DNA of 64,000 bases, from positions 27,279,266 to 27,343,265 of the forward strand of contig NC_081362.1 in NCBI RefSeq assembly GCF_030684315.1, in the 5' to 3' direction. Source of the DNA: Stegostoma tigrinum. Its lineage: Eukaryota. Position numbers and translations under genes: made by a program. This document shows positions 13,342 through 26,047 of this stretch, piece after piece. Within the stretch, counting starts at the first letter, position 1; every line of letters starts with the position of its first letter. Under the pieces are notes generated by a model. It worked only from the letters and a program-made list of their open reading frames with translations. It did no database searches and had not been told where the DNA came from.

Positions 13342-13368
13342 CTTAGGAATACAATTAAGCAGGTCACC
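13342..13368 (-). CDS. CEP43: CEP43 probable 27-nt microexon (GDLLNCIPK)
   Basis: Strong acceptor ttctttttgttgtAG, AAG|GTACTA donor, frame-preserving phase 0-0 between exon 5 and the next exon. Confidence 0.7.
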
Positions 13369-14089
13369 CTACAACAAAAAGAACACACTGTTTTTATGTT
13401 ACTGTCATGAATTCACCCACCACCAACTTTCTTATGTTAATGTTCAGCAAAGACATATGGTTTCCTTTTAGAAATTTCTTTTAAACCAAAATATTGCATT
13501 TAAAAAAGGTTTTAACAATTTGTGCTTTGAATAATGAGTCTTAAAATGTCAGGTTTTAAGCAATCAAAAGTTATACATAATTATATACTTTCCCTATCGC
13601 ATCGGACAGAAACAACAGTAGTGATCATTTCTGGCGTCTAAACAAAACTTTGTTTTCATAATTAAACATTACTCAAGGGGCTATCCTGGTAGACTTCAGA
13701 ATAAAGACACCTCCAATAAAGAGTAGTGATTCTTCCAAAATAAAAGATAACGGATTTAAACTCAGGAATAAATTATGAGCTCAAATTTGCCGCAGATTCA
13801 CGGAAAGAGCACAAGAGTTGAAAAATCAGCCAGCATTCTCATTTCCAATCTGTACTTATCAACTTCAAACTCCTGTTGAAAAATGCACATGACAGGTTAG
13901 GTGTAACTGCAATGCCAACACAGTCAAATGGCCTGCTGCGGACAGAAATGCAAAAATTAGATTATGAGAAAGGTAAATTAATACAGAAATAAATAAGAAG
14001 GTAAAGGAGTTAAAACAGCTATATTAGAACGACAAACTTCCTTGGAAGATATGGAAATTATATGATGAAAATCCCACAATATACTTTGT

Positions 14090-14715
14090 TCTGGACTTTC
14101 AGAAAGCCTTTAATCATGTCTGACATGAACAGACAGCACAGATACAGGTTCTTTGGCCCAACATGTCTATGCCAACCAAATTCCATTTGTCTGCCCTGGG
14201 TCCACTGTCTACCATACTCTGGTTAATTGTTCATCCAGAATATTCATGAATTTTGCAAGAATACCTGCCTCCACCACCTGCTCAGACAGCATGTTCCATT
14301 TTCCTACTACCCTCTGGTGAAAAAATAATTCCTCCGATCTTCTCTAAAACATTTACTCTTCACCTTAAATTTAGGCCCTCTGGTCTCAGACACATCTGCT
14401 ATGGGAAAAAATTCTCATGAACAATCCTGTGCCTGTCATAATCTGGCACACATTGATTAGATTCCCGCCCCCTCAGCCTCCACTGCTCCAAAGGAAACAA
14501 ACTCAGCCTGTTCAGTTTCCCGTCATAACGGAGGCTTTCCATCTCATACAATATCCAATTGAACTTTCTCTGCACCCTCTCAAGAGCAATCATGTCCTTC
14601 TGTTAGTGTGGTAATTAAAATTACACACATATTCCATCTGTGGCCTAACCAATGATTTATGAAGTTGTAACAAGATTTCCTTGCTCCTATATTCTATGCC
14701 TATACTAATGAAGTA
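14090..14715 (-). mobile_element. CR1-type LINE 3' fragment
   Basis: MIALERVQRKF...LNRLSLFPLEQWRLRG motif and CR1 tail. Confidence 0.75.
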
Positions 14716-15374
14716 ATTGAGTACAACTAAAGGTTAGATCACGTGAGTGGACATCATGATGAATGGGAAAGTCATCCAATGTCACAAAAACATCAAGTTT
14801 TGGACATATTTAACAAATCTAGGTGTAACTGTGGAGAAAGCAACAGAATTAAAAATTTCAGATCAACAACATTTCACATGGCCTCTTATTTCAGATTTAT
14901 AGCATCTGCTTTTGGGTTAGTACTGAAGGATTGAAATCCCTCGAATTGGACTTTATGAAATATAAAAAAAAACACAGGGCTGCAAATAAAAACCAACTCT
15001 TAAAATTAATATAAAACAAATATACAGGAGTTACACTGAGACAGTGGTTCAGCATGAAGAATTCAACATCATCCAACTGCTGTCACAACAGTGTAGGGAA
15101 ATGCCACTGCCTAGAGCAAATCAAATCAAATCAAGAGATTGATTGACTGATACTATAGTATTGGAACATGGCCATTGTTATCAAGAAATAAGTCATAAAA
15201 TTGCGGGAGAAACTCAGCTGTTCTGGCAGCATTTGTGGGAAGAAAGCAGAGGTAACACTAAGTCCAGTAACTTTTAAAATCAGAAAGCCTGCAAATAATA
15301 CTGCACAGATTTGCTTGTTGTGCTTCCCACACTTGCAACATCCTTCTGTCCCCACCCGACAACATGCTTAAATT

Positions 15375-15902
15375 AAAGATAATAAAGTGTGGAGCTGGAT
15401 GAACACAGCAGGCCCAGCAGCATCTCAGGAGCACAAAAGGTGACGTTTCGGGCCTAGACCCTTCATCAGAGAGGGGGATGGGGAGAGGGTTCTGGAATAA
15501 ATAGGGAGAGAGGGGGAGGCGGACCGAAGATGGAGGGAAAAGAAGATAGGTGGGGAGGTTGCGAGGGGATAGGTCAGTCCAGGGAAGACGGACAGGTGAA
15601 GGAGGTGAGATGAGGTTAGTAGGTAGGAAATGGAGGTGTGGCTTGAGGTGGGAGGAAGGGATGGGCAGGTTTGTGGATTTTGGGAAGGAGATAGAAATGG
15701 GCCGTGCGGGGTTGGGGAATAATAAGGTTGGAGTCTGTGGGTGGGAGGTCCCCTGAGTTGATCACCACAATGAATGGGGTGGCACAGTGGGTCAGTGGTG
15801 TTGGAGATGATAGTTTGGTGCTCGGGGGTGGGGTCATGATCAAGGGGGTGGTAGGAGGTGGTGTCGGAGAGTTGGCATTTGGCCTCGGTCCATGTAGAGG
15901 TC
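15375..15902 (-). mobile_element. Internally deleted Penelope-like element with hammerhead motif and 13-bp TSD
   Basis: PQPRTAHFYLLPKIHKP (RT-associated motif); terminus shared with other PLE copies; TSD ACATG(C/T)TTAAATT at 15362-15374 and 15903-15915. Confidence 0.8.
15438..15473 (-). ncRNA. Minimal type I hammerhead ribozyme motif in PLE terminus
   Basis: Minus strand reads CUGAUGA-AGGGUCUAGGCCC-GAAAC-GUC: conserved core boxes, stem II and short palindromic stem III. Stem I is weak. Confidence 0.65.
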
Positions 15903-16674
15903 ACATGTTTAAATTGGTGGACTGGGTGACAGTTAGGCAAGCTGCAATACAATTCAATCTACAGTAAAGCATTCTACCAACCGAACTGAAATTATTCCAC
16001 TGCAATACTGACTTGTACCTTACCGATGGCAGGTCGTCTTTTGGGAATCAGGAGGGAAGTTACTCATCGAAGAATGTTCTTTCCATAATAGCTTTTGCAG
16101 CTATAATATTCATATGAATGGTCCAGTTAAGTTTCTCATCAATAATAACCCCTCAGAATGCTGTTATTGGAAGATTCAGCAACGGAAGTGCTGTTGCACA
16201 TGAATGGGAAGATAGGTTAAATTCTCTCTCATTGGTGATTTCCTGAAACAGTGTGGCGCCGAACTTATTTGCCATTTGTCACCCCAAGCTTGAATGTTTT
16301 TCAGGTCTTGCTAATATGGACTGTAACTACTTAAGGGTCATAAATGGTGTTGAAAACTGCAGTCATTACTGAGCATTCCTCTTTCTGACTTTATGATAGG
16401 TGGAAATTCATTGAAGTTGGTTAGGCCAGGAACCCCTGCAGAGAAGACTAGGGACTGGGAACAAATGGCTTTCAATAATCACAGCCCTGTTTCTTTGAGC
16501 TCAGTATTGCTGAATGGATGTACCATTCACTATGCTGTGCAAGCTGCTGGTTGTAAGAAAGGTTGCTGCCCTAATCCTCTTCAGTGTAGGGAAGTACAGG
16601 GCCTGTCTGGTGTAGTGTGGTTGAGGAAGAATTCACAGTTGCTACCACTAAAACCACAGATCACCACAATGAAT

Positions 16675-17031
16675 GGGGTGGCACAGTGGGTCAGTGGTTA
16701 GCTATACTGCCTCACCGCACCAGGGACCCATGTTCAATTCTACCCTTGGGTGACTGTCTGTGTGGAGTTTGCACACTCTCCCCGTGTCTACTTGAGTTTC
16801 CTCCGGGTACTCTGGTTTCCTTATTTATTATTTCAAAAGATGTGCAGTTTACGTGCATTGGCAATGCTAAATTGCCCATGGTATCTGGGATGTGCAAGGT
16901 ACGTGGATTAGCCATGGGAAATGCAGGGTTACAGGGATAGGGTAGGGGGGTGGGTCTGTGTGGGATGTTCTTCAGAGACTTGGTCTGACTAGTTGGGCCA
17001 AATAGCCTTTTCCTCGCTGTAGGGATTCTAT
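16675..17031 (+). mobile_element. HE1-like SINE
   Basis: ggcacagtgggtcagtggttagc head, same central body as the 8549 copy, tail ctgtagggattcta. Confidence 0.8.
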
Positions 17032-17659
17032 ATAAAAAAAACCTCCAGTGGCAATTGATTATTTACTTAAGAGCATCAACTGGTAGTGGGGCAGGTGGGC
17101 TATCAACAGGCCCCAGGCTTAATTGGAGTGCAAACAGGTAGGTAACAGGTTCCTATTCACTATACTCCTACCTGATTAAATGTCTTACCAACTACTAAAC
17201 TCAGTAGAATGTACACAATTCTCCCCTATAACCAAGGCTTTCTTTTGTGCATAAGATTATTTGCAACTGGATGAAACAGAGTGCAGACTTTGCAGAATCA
17301 AACTGAAGTACCACAAGATCTGGAGCTGGATTTCATGCTCTTCAGCATGATGAACTAAGCTTCAGATGAAAATTAATGGCTGCCCATTGGGCTGTCAATT
17401 AGTGGCGCAAAACAGGGCACTGCACATCTAGGTTTACATGTCACATAGGAGGTGGGGTAAGTTGTGAACTAGAAATTGGTAACAGCCACCAATCTAAAGA
17501 CACCTGTGTTTCTAATTTCTCTTTATTTCTTTGGCAGTGTCCTAGCAATGAATAGCTTATGATAGGTTCCAAGCAATGAATAAATTAAGCCAACAAACAT
17601 ACATATACCGATTCATTCACTATCAGACTTCGCTGCTGCATGGAGACATGGTCCTGTTG

Positions 17660-17867
17660 GAGAGAGATAACAGGAACTGCTGGAGAATCCGAGATAACAA
17701 GGTGTAGAGCTGGATGAACACAGCAGGCCAAGCAGCATCAGAGGAGCAGTAAAGCTGATGTTTTGGGCCGAGATCCAGAAATTTTTTTTCTGAAGAAGGG
17801 TCTAGGCCTGAAACGTCAGCTTTCCTGCTCGGCCTGCTGTGTTCATCCAGCTCTACACCTTGTTATT
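17660..17867. mobile_element. Miniature fold-back PLE-derived element with 12-bp TSD
   Basis: PLE terminus followed by its reverse complement; TSD ATGGTCCTGTTG at 17648-17659 and 17868-17879. Confidence 0.8.
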
Positions 17868-18335
17868 ATGGTCCTGTTGCAAGCTTCTTTCGCTGTTTTG
17901 TCACCTCACTATACCTGGCATCTGACACTCCCAAAGATTTTTCAACCCATCACCCAAAAGTGGAATGGGGAACAAAATAAGTTACATACAACTGACTCCA
18001 TAACAAGCTTAAAAGCTTGCTTGTTTTTTTTTCTAAAAATGGTGGTGGGCAGCCTTCTGGTTTTCATGCCTGCATGTTCTCTGTATTGGACCTGACGTGG
18101 TGACAGCAGATGGCTAACCGGACATTATTATGCCATATTTTATCTATGCTGAAGACTGGGGATTGGGGTGCACATAACAGTGGCCCACACAATTTACAGC
18201 TGCAAAATCTAGCTCTTCATTCATAAACAATTCTTTACAAATCAAAATTATTTTATGAAAATAGCACAAATAGCAACTGCTAATGAAACAAGCGTATTAT
18301 TTGAATATTTATCATCTATTATATAAACTACTTAC

Positions 18336-18473
18336 GTCAGAGGGGCAAGTGCCTTTTTCTTTTTGTTGACTGTTTCTTATCACCTCCAATAATAATGGTA
18401 CTCCCTTCAATTCTTCTCTTTCATGAATGCCTAGCTCCCTTGCAAGATTATCTCGTCCATCCAGTCCAGTGAA
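18336..18473 (-). CDS. CEP43: CEP43 exon 5 (FTGLDGRDNLARELGIHEREELKGVPLLLEVIRNSQQKEKGTCPSD)
   Basis: actcAG acceptor, GTAAGT donor, 138 nt, phase 0-0; similar to human LQGLEGRENLARDLGI...PLLLEVIRRCQQKEK. Confidence 0.95.
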
Positions 18474-18650
18474 CTGAGTACAAAACAACCAATAGAAACC
18501 GAAGACTTGATCATTTGTAAATAATAAATCACTTTGGCAGGGATTGCAAATGCACTTTTTGGAGATAGTGGCATAATCCAGAGACACAGAGTAATACACT
18601 GGACACACAAGTCAAATCTTACCATGGTAGCTTCTGGAATTTAAGTTTAG

Positions 18651-19325
18651 TGTGAGAGTGCTGTGACCGTAAGAGTTTATTTGTCCTTTTTTTTGAAGGC
18701 AGATTTTAAGGCAGAGGCTCAAAGCTGCCTAGTGAGGACCCAAAGAGAATAAATAGCTTAGGAGGTCTTGAGGTGTTTTTTAGAAGTTGGGACAATAGGA
18801 GCAGCCCGGTTGAGTGTGGCCAGCTCTAACAGAACAGAATATCATTTTCTTTAGGTTTTAGGTTTACCTTTAAGCAGTTGCTATTGGAGTCTCCGCAAGG
18901 CAGAAGCTACTGCCGTTTTGAAGAAGTAGAAGCTATCCTTTCCGTTTCTCAGTTACAGCTAGAAGCTGGGATTTCTCTCTGCTGCTGGGTTATTTGTGAG
19001 ACAAGTTTATTTTTCTCATTTGCCTTTCTACCAAAGGGTGCATTTGTGGGGTGTTACTATATTGGAACAGTTAATTGGTAATAGTTACTGTATTTATTAT
19101 TCTATTAAGTTTTCCAAAACAGTTACATTAATGTGAGTTCTTCCTTTTTTTTGTATTTTGACTGTAGTGTTTAAATAAATTGTATTTTGTTTAATGTTGA
19201 GTAGTTTGACCAGTTGCATTACATCTGGAACACAGTACTTTACATTTGCCTTTAAAATAAGAGAAAGTTAGGATCTAGGCCACCTTTTTAAAATATTTTG
19301 AGGGTGTTTGGTCTGGTCTACGACA
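18651..19325 (+). mobile_element. Solo LTR-like element
   Basis: TG...CA termini, 4-bp TSD TTAG on both sides, internal AATAAA; similar along its length to 35712-36349. Confidence 0.7.
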
Positions 19326-20180
19326 TTAGTTAATTAATAAAACTGGAATGAAATGTCAGCTTCACATTCATCATGACTGGCAACATCAGATTCTCATTTA
19401 AACACGTTTCACAAATACCCTTTATAAATTTTGGCCCTTATTTGATTCCCAAGCCCACAATAGTGTGATTGCCTGTTAGTGTACCTCTGAATTGGCCCAG
19501 CAAGCTGCTTAGTTGTACCAAGCCACTAACTAAAACTAAAAATAAAATAAAACCAAACAAACCACCCAGCACAGACGTAGACACCAGATGCAGCCCTGGG
19601 CAAGGTTGGCCCAGTTAGCATTGTGAAGTCTCCTTACTAATAACTGGGGTCTCATTCCAAAATTACAACAGCTTTCTTACTGTTTAGTCAAGCTTGACAT
19701 GGTTGTACTTAGCAAGGCCCCACAGAAACACTACTGCAGAGGTATAATAAAGGATTGGGAACCAAAGGTGAGGTATTTGGAAATTTAAAAAATGTGACAG
19801 TGAGAAATTTGGAACAAACTTACAGATATTACATTTGTGACCACATTTCAAAAGTATTTAAAATCAGCTGTAAAGCACAATATAGCATCTTGAGATTATG
19901 AAAGGGGTCACAGACATGCAAGTTCTTTCCATCCTCACTTTCCGGATTGGGAAGTGCGGGTGTAGAAGGCATTTTTTTTTAAAAAAGAAATGGTCATCAC
20001 TTTCACCATTCATTAAATTTTGTCAGAAACAAAAATATAGCTTAAATAGTACGAACCTCAAGATATTTTGGACAAGGCCTGACCAGCCTGAAGTCTTATG
20101 AGGGGGCAGGTGTAGCACCTCCTGCAGTTGCAGGGAAAGACTTTATCTATTTAAATTTTTAAAAAGAGAAATTAACTTAC

Positions 20181-20269
20181 AGTGTTTGTTTCTGGTCGGA
20201 ATACTGCCAAAGTGAAGTCCAGATTGAAAAATTGGAGAAATTCAACAACAAGACCAGCCACCAAACGCC
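20181..20269 (-). CDS. CEP43: CEP43 exon 4, LisH motif (GRLVAGLVVEFLQFFNLDFTLAVFRPETNT)
   Basis: tcatAG acceptor, GTAAGT donor, 89 nt, phase 1-0; LisH-type motif matching human GRLVASLVAEFLQFFNLDFTLAVFQPETST. Confidence 0.96.
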
Positions 20270-21569
20270 CTATGAAGGAAAATTGTCTGTCAAATTCTGA
20301 AAAAAATTTACCAGTATGTTGTCATACGTGGAACAGTTATAGCCAAAAAGGATACCACTTGACCAAGTGTGTCAATTCTGGTTCGATGCAGATGAACTCA
20401 GCTAGTTATATACCGCTGGCTTTTCCCCATAGTCTTAAATTGCTTTCTCTTCAAATAAGTTTCCAGTTCCCCTTTGAAAATATGGGTTACATCTGCCTTT
20501 ACCAAATTCTATATTATTCCACATTGTAATCATTCATTGCACTAAATAGATTTTGTTCTTTTTCCATTCACCTTTAATCAGTGCTTTCTACTTCTTCACC
20601 GTTCCTCAATGGATAATTTCTAGAAATAGGTTAAAATCTCTCTGTTCAGATTATGTATGGGAGTCGAATGAAGGCACTCTGGCCCAGAGACAGATAAGCT
20701 ATCACTGCTCAACAAGTGTCACTAAAATATTGTTTCGCAGATCTCAGCATGTCTAGATATTTTCGAATTAATTTGTTCAGAATTGTTAAGACTGCATTAA
20801 ATGAGTCTTTAATCTGGGCCTCCAGGCTGCAATAGAGTCTCTACCTTTGTGCCATACAGCACTTGCTATCCATTTTGGACATATTTTGCAATCAACCTGT
20901 TTAGAATTATTATGATACAACTCTGGACTAGATAGGAATTGAAATTTCTTGGCTCAGAGACAGGTGCATTCCAATGCTGTACATCTCTACAACTACTACT
21001 GCACGACAAGAATGCTTAGAAACTATACAGTTTCTAGTCAACCTGCTCAGATTTGTTATTTTGTATACTTATGGAAAGGACTTGAATTTGGGCCTTTTGA
21101 ACTGCCAGAGAAAGTGGTAGATGCAGATTCAGTTCCAGTATTTAAAAGACATTTGGATAGATACATTAATTGGAAAGGTTTAGAGGGATATGGGCCAAAT
21201 GCAGACAAGTAAGCTAGTTTAGTTTGGGAAACTAGGTCAGCACAGACAGCATAGAACAGCACCTCATTTTCCACTTGAGAGCTCTACAGGCTTCTGGACT
21301 CAGTATCACCAACAGCCCTCTAGTTTCGAACTCTCCCCCACCCGAGGAAAAAGATCTTTGCTATTCACCTTATCTATGCCCCTCATGATTTTATAAGCCT
21401 CTATAAGATCACCCATCAAACTCCCACTCTCCAGTAAAAAGTCTCAACTTACCCTTATAACTAAGCCTCCTGACTCAGAGATAGGGATACTATTACTGCT
21501 TCAAAAGAGGCCTTCCAAATATTTTAATGATTTTTATAAATCCAACCTCTTCAGAGATATTATTGCATG

Positions 21570-23110
21570 CCTCTGAAGGGGCAGGTGTTTGCTGAGTGTG
21601 ATGGGGTTCGTGGGGAGTGTGGAGCAGACAAGGGAGTCGCAGGGTGAGCGGTTCCTATGAAAGGTAGATGGGGTGGGGTGGGAACTATCTCTTTGGTGGT
21701 GGGGTCAGATTGCAGGTAGCAGAATTGGCAGAGGATGATGTGCTGGATGCAGCAATTGGTAGGATGGTATGTGAAGACTTTGTCCTCATTTTTGTTGGGT
21801 GGAGCGAGTTTGAGGGCAGAAGTGTAGGAAATGCAAGAGATGTGGTGGAGGGCATTTTTGCTGAGTGGAGGGGGCAACTTGTGGTCCTCGAAGTAGGAGG
21901 GCATCTGGGATGTCCAGGAGCGGAATGTTCCAAATTGGGAGCAGAGGCAGAGGAATTAGGAGTAAGGGATTGCATTCTTGCAGGAGGGTGGGTGAGAGGA
22001 GGTATATCCAGGTGGCTACAGGAGCCGGTGGGTTTGAACTAGATGTCGGTGCTGAGACAGTTACCAGAGACAAAGACAGAGAGATCCAGGAAGAGGAGGG
22101 AGGTATCGGCGATGGGCCAGGTGAATTTGAGGTTGGGGTGAAAGGTGTTTGTAAAGTTGATGAACTAGTCAAGCTCCTCATGGGAGCACAAGGCAGCACC
22201 GATACAATGATCAACGTAAAGGACAGAGTCCCACTGGTCCTCTCATACCACCCAACCAATCTCTGCATCCAGTGCATCCTCTTCACCCACTTCCACCATA
22301 TGCATCTGACTCCACCAGCAAAGGGGTATTTCTGTCCCCACCCCTGCCTTTCCTAGGGACAGCCCACTCCTTGACTCCCTCGTCCTCGTCCACTCCACAA
22401 TACACCCAGCACCTTTCCCTGCAACTGCAGGAGGTACTACATATGCCCCTACAACCTCCCCTCTCACGTCCATCCAAGGTCCAAGACAAACTTTCCGCAT
22501 CCTATAGAGGTTCATCCTCCAACCTAGTCTACTGCATCTGTTGCTCCCAATATGGCCTCCTCTACATTGGTGAGACCAAGAGCAGACTCTGTGAATGATT
22601 TGCGGATCATCTGTGCTCTGTACGGTGTAATCAACACCACCTCCCAGTTGCCAACCATTCCCTTGGTGACATGTCCATCCTGGACATCCTCCAGTGTCAC
22701 AACGATGCTACATGCAAACTGGAGGAACAACACCTCACATTCTACCTCAGGAGCCTACAGCCCGATGGCTTCAAATTAGAATTCACCAGTTTCAAAGTCT
22801 CCCCAACCCCGGCCACATTCCATTTTGAACTCTTCCTCTCATCCCTGCCTCTTTGACTTGAGACTATCTGTCCAGCTTCTTTTCGACCTATCCATCTCAT
22901 CCCTCCCACTGACCTATCACCATCCGACCTACCTGCCCCCAGGCCAGCCCCACCCCACTCTTCCTATTTATTTCCAAGCTCTATTCCTCTGCCCCAGTCC
23001 TCATGAAGGGTCCTGACCTGAAATGTTGATTTTCCTGCACCTGGGATGTTGCCTGACCTGCTGTGTAACTCCAGTTCCACCCTATATTGACTCTGACAGT
23101 TCTTGCTCTC
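21570..23110. mobile_element. Penelope-like element with internal inversion (minus to about 22210, plus thereafter)
   Basis: RT C-terminal segment on minus; GIY-YIG NLVYCICCSQYGLLYIGETKSRL on plus; the two parts partially overlap as inverted copies. Confidence 0.8.
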
Positions 23111-23378
23111 CAGTATTTTAATTTACCACTTATCTGTTTCCTGACACCCAGCTAACTTCAGAGACATGCTGTGCAGCCTCTTCATTCCATTGCTATTATC
23201 AGGCTAGTGTGATGAAAATGCTTTGAAATTGGAAGAATCTTTGAAAAGAAAAACGACAATCTTCACTGCCTTGCAGAATAATCCAGGATTGCACGTTAAA
23301 ATTAGCAGATTTCTAAAACTCAAGGTCGACATCCTAAGACAAATCCGGAAGAAAAAAAGGTCATGTGGTGGAAAGAGA

Positions 23379-24767
23379 TAACTAGGTATAGAGCTGGATG
23401 AACACAGCAGACCAAGCAGTATCGGAGGAGCAGGAAAGCTGATGTTTCGGGTTGAGACCCTTCTTCAGAAATGGGGGAGGGGAAGGGAGTTCTGAAATAA
23501 ATAGGGAGGGAGGGGGAGGCGGATAGAAGATGGATAAAGGAGAAGATATGTGGACAGGTCAAAGAGGTGGGGTTGGAGCCAATGAAGGTGAATGTAGGTG
23601 GGGAGTTAGGGAGGGAATAGGTCAGTCCAGGGAGGATGGACAGGTCAAGGAGGAGGGGTGAGTTTGGTAGGTAGATGGGGGCAGGGCTTGAGGTGGGAGG
23701 AATGGTTAGGGAGGCGGGGACTAGCTGGGCTGCTTTTGGGATGCAGTCAGAGGAGGAGAAATTTTGAAGCTTGTGAAGTCCACGTGGATATCCTTGAGCT
23801 GCAGGGGTCCCAAGCGAAATATGAGATGCTGTTCCTGCAGCTTTTAGGTGGCGTCACTGTAGCAATGCAGGAGACCAAGGATGGACACGTCATCCAAGGA
23901 GTGGGAGGGGCAGTTGAAATGGTTCACGAATGGGAGGTGCAGTTGTTTGTTGCGAACTGAGCGTAGGTGTTCTGCAAGGCGGTCCCCAAGCCTCCGCTTG
24001 GTTTCCCCAATGTACAAGAGGCCACAATGGGAACAGCAGATACAGTATACCACGTCAGCACATGTGCAGGTAAACATCTGATTGATGCAGCAGGTCTTCT
24101 TAGGGCCTGGAATGGGGGGGGGGGGGGGGGAGAAGGTGTAGGGACAGGTTTGGCACTTTCTACGGTTGCAGGGAAAAGTGCCAGGGGTAGAGGGGCTGGA
24201 GGGGAGTGTGGAGTGGGCAAGGGAGTCACGGAGAGAGTGGTCCCTCCGGAAAGTAGATAAGGGTGGGGAGGGAAAAATGTCCTTGGTAGTGGGGTTGGAT
24301 TGCAGATGGTGGAAATGTTGGAGGATGATGCATTGGATTCAGAGGTTGGTGGGGTGGTACATGAGGTCGAGGGGGATTCTGTTATGGTTGTTAGTGCGGG
24401 TAGGGGGTGTGAGGGATGAGTTGTGGGAAATGCGGGTGACACAGTTGAGGGCATTTTCGATCACTGTGGAGGGGAAGTTGTGGTTCTTGAAACAAAGAGA
24501 GCATCTGGGATGTCCAGGAGCGGAATGCCTCATCTCAGGAGCGGATGCGGCGGAGGCAAAAGGAATTGGGAATGGGGGTGGCCTTTTTGCAGGAAGGTGG
24601 GCGAGAGGAGATGTACTCTAGGTAGTTGTGGGATTCAGTAGGTTTGAAATGGATATTGGTTTCCAGGTGGATGCCAGAGATGGAGACAGAGGTCCAGGAA
24701 GAAGAAAGAGGTATCAGAGATGGGCCAAGTGAACTTCAGATTGGGGTGGAAGGTGTTAGCGAAGTGG
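23379..24767 (-). mobile_element. Truncated Penelope-like element with about 16-bp TSD
   Basis: DVVYCICCSHCGLLYIGETKRRLGDRLAEHLRSV (GIY-YIG); TSD ATGTGGTGG(A/G)AAGAGA at 23363-23378 and 24768-24783. Confidence 0.85.
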
Positions 24768-26047
24768 ATGTGGTGGGAAGAGAAAGCCAGAGGGATGCAA
24801 CAATGTACTGAGCAATAACAGTGAAGCTTTGAATTTACCAAAGTCAAATGGCCAAAACTCACTTTGCATGTCTCTCTTTATAATAATAATAGTAATAATT
24901 AATAATATCTGGAGGAATTATTTTCAACAACTCTTTAAAGGTGAATCCACAATAAAATTACTCTCCCACTATTCTCCTATAGAATCCATGGTGAAATGCC
25001 ATTAATGGTAGAGCTGAAAAATGCAATCACACAGACAAACTGTGGTCTTCAAAGGTGGTCAGTTTTAGCCAATATCAAAACTCCATGCACCCATCTTAAT
25101 GATTCAGGAATAAAAGACATCCAGACTTCAGAAATGTTAACTATCTTCAAGAAGGCAGGTAATTTATGTGTGGAACAAATAAGATTTCTTTTTGTCCATA
25201 GAATGGAAAATCTTGATTCACGTGCTCCTGAACTGCTTACATCTGGGGGCTGAGTAATTCACACGGGGACATTAAGTGTAGCTTTAGGCTTTTCTGAAGA
25301 ACTTTCTGTTTGCTCTGTTGCCAGACAAATCCAAGCAAAATGCTGAAATCAACACAAGGAATCCCTCAGTGCATTAATTGTTCTGACCAATGCATTTCAC
25401 TCTATAGTTCAAAAAGCTCTGGATCTCCAATAAAAAACTACTTCATAATTCTGCAAACATTACATTCAAATGGGAAGTCCTAAATGCTCTTACAAAATCC
25501 AAACCGGGATTAAGCAAAACTGTGTGATAGCCTCTGAGGTTCACCTTAAAAGATTACTGCCCTCCGGTGTCAGCATTAAGTAAGAACAGCAACGGAAATC
25601 TCCAACCTCAGTCATCTTAGTGCCAAAATCAAGTTGGTCATCATATGAATAAGTGACCTACAGTTTACAGATGACTGCATAGCCCTGCTCAATCTCTTCA
25701 ATTCTACATTCAAGATTTGTGACTTATTCTTGCCAAAATAAACATCAGAAATCAACCCACATATGTTGAAGGAAACTGTCATGAATTTTCAGCATTTCCT
25801 ATATTTTGGCAGCCAAAGGATCATCATCGACAAGGAGATCTGACACTCAACTACACCAGTTCAGCCTTCTGCAAACTACAGCAGCTTATATTTAACAATA
25901 AAGATCTTTGTAAATCAGAGAAGTATAGTGTATAGGCAGCTTGTCATCTCACACTGCTGTAATCCAAACATCTAGAAATATCCTTCTTCAAGACAGCTCC
26001 ACTAAAATTCAGACAAAATACCTGAAAATCAACTTTGATGAACTGGA

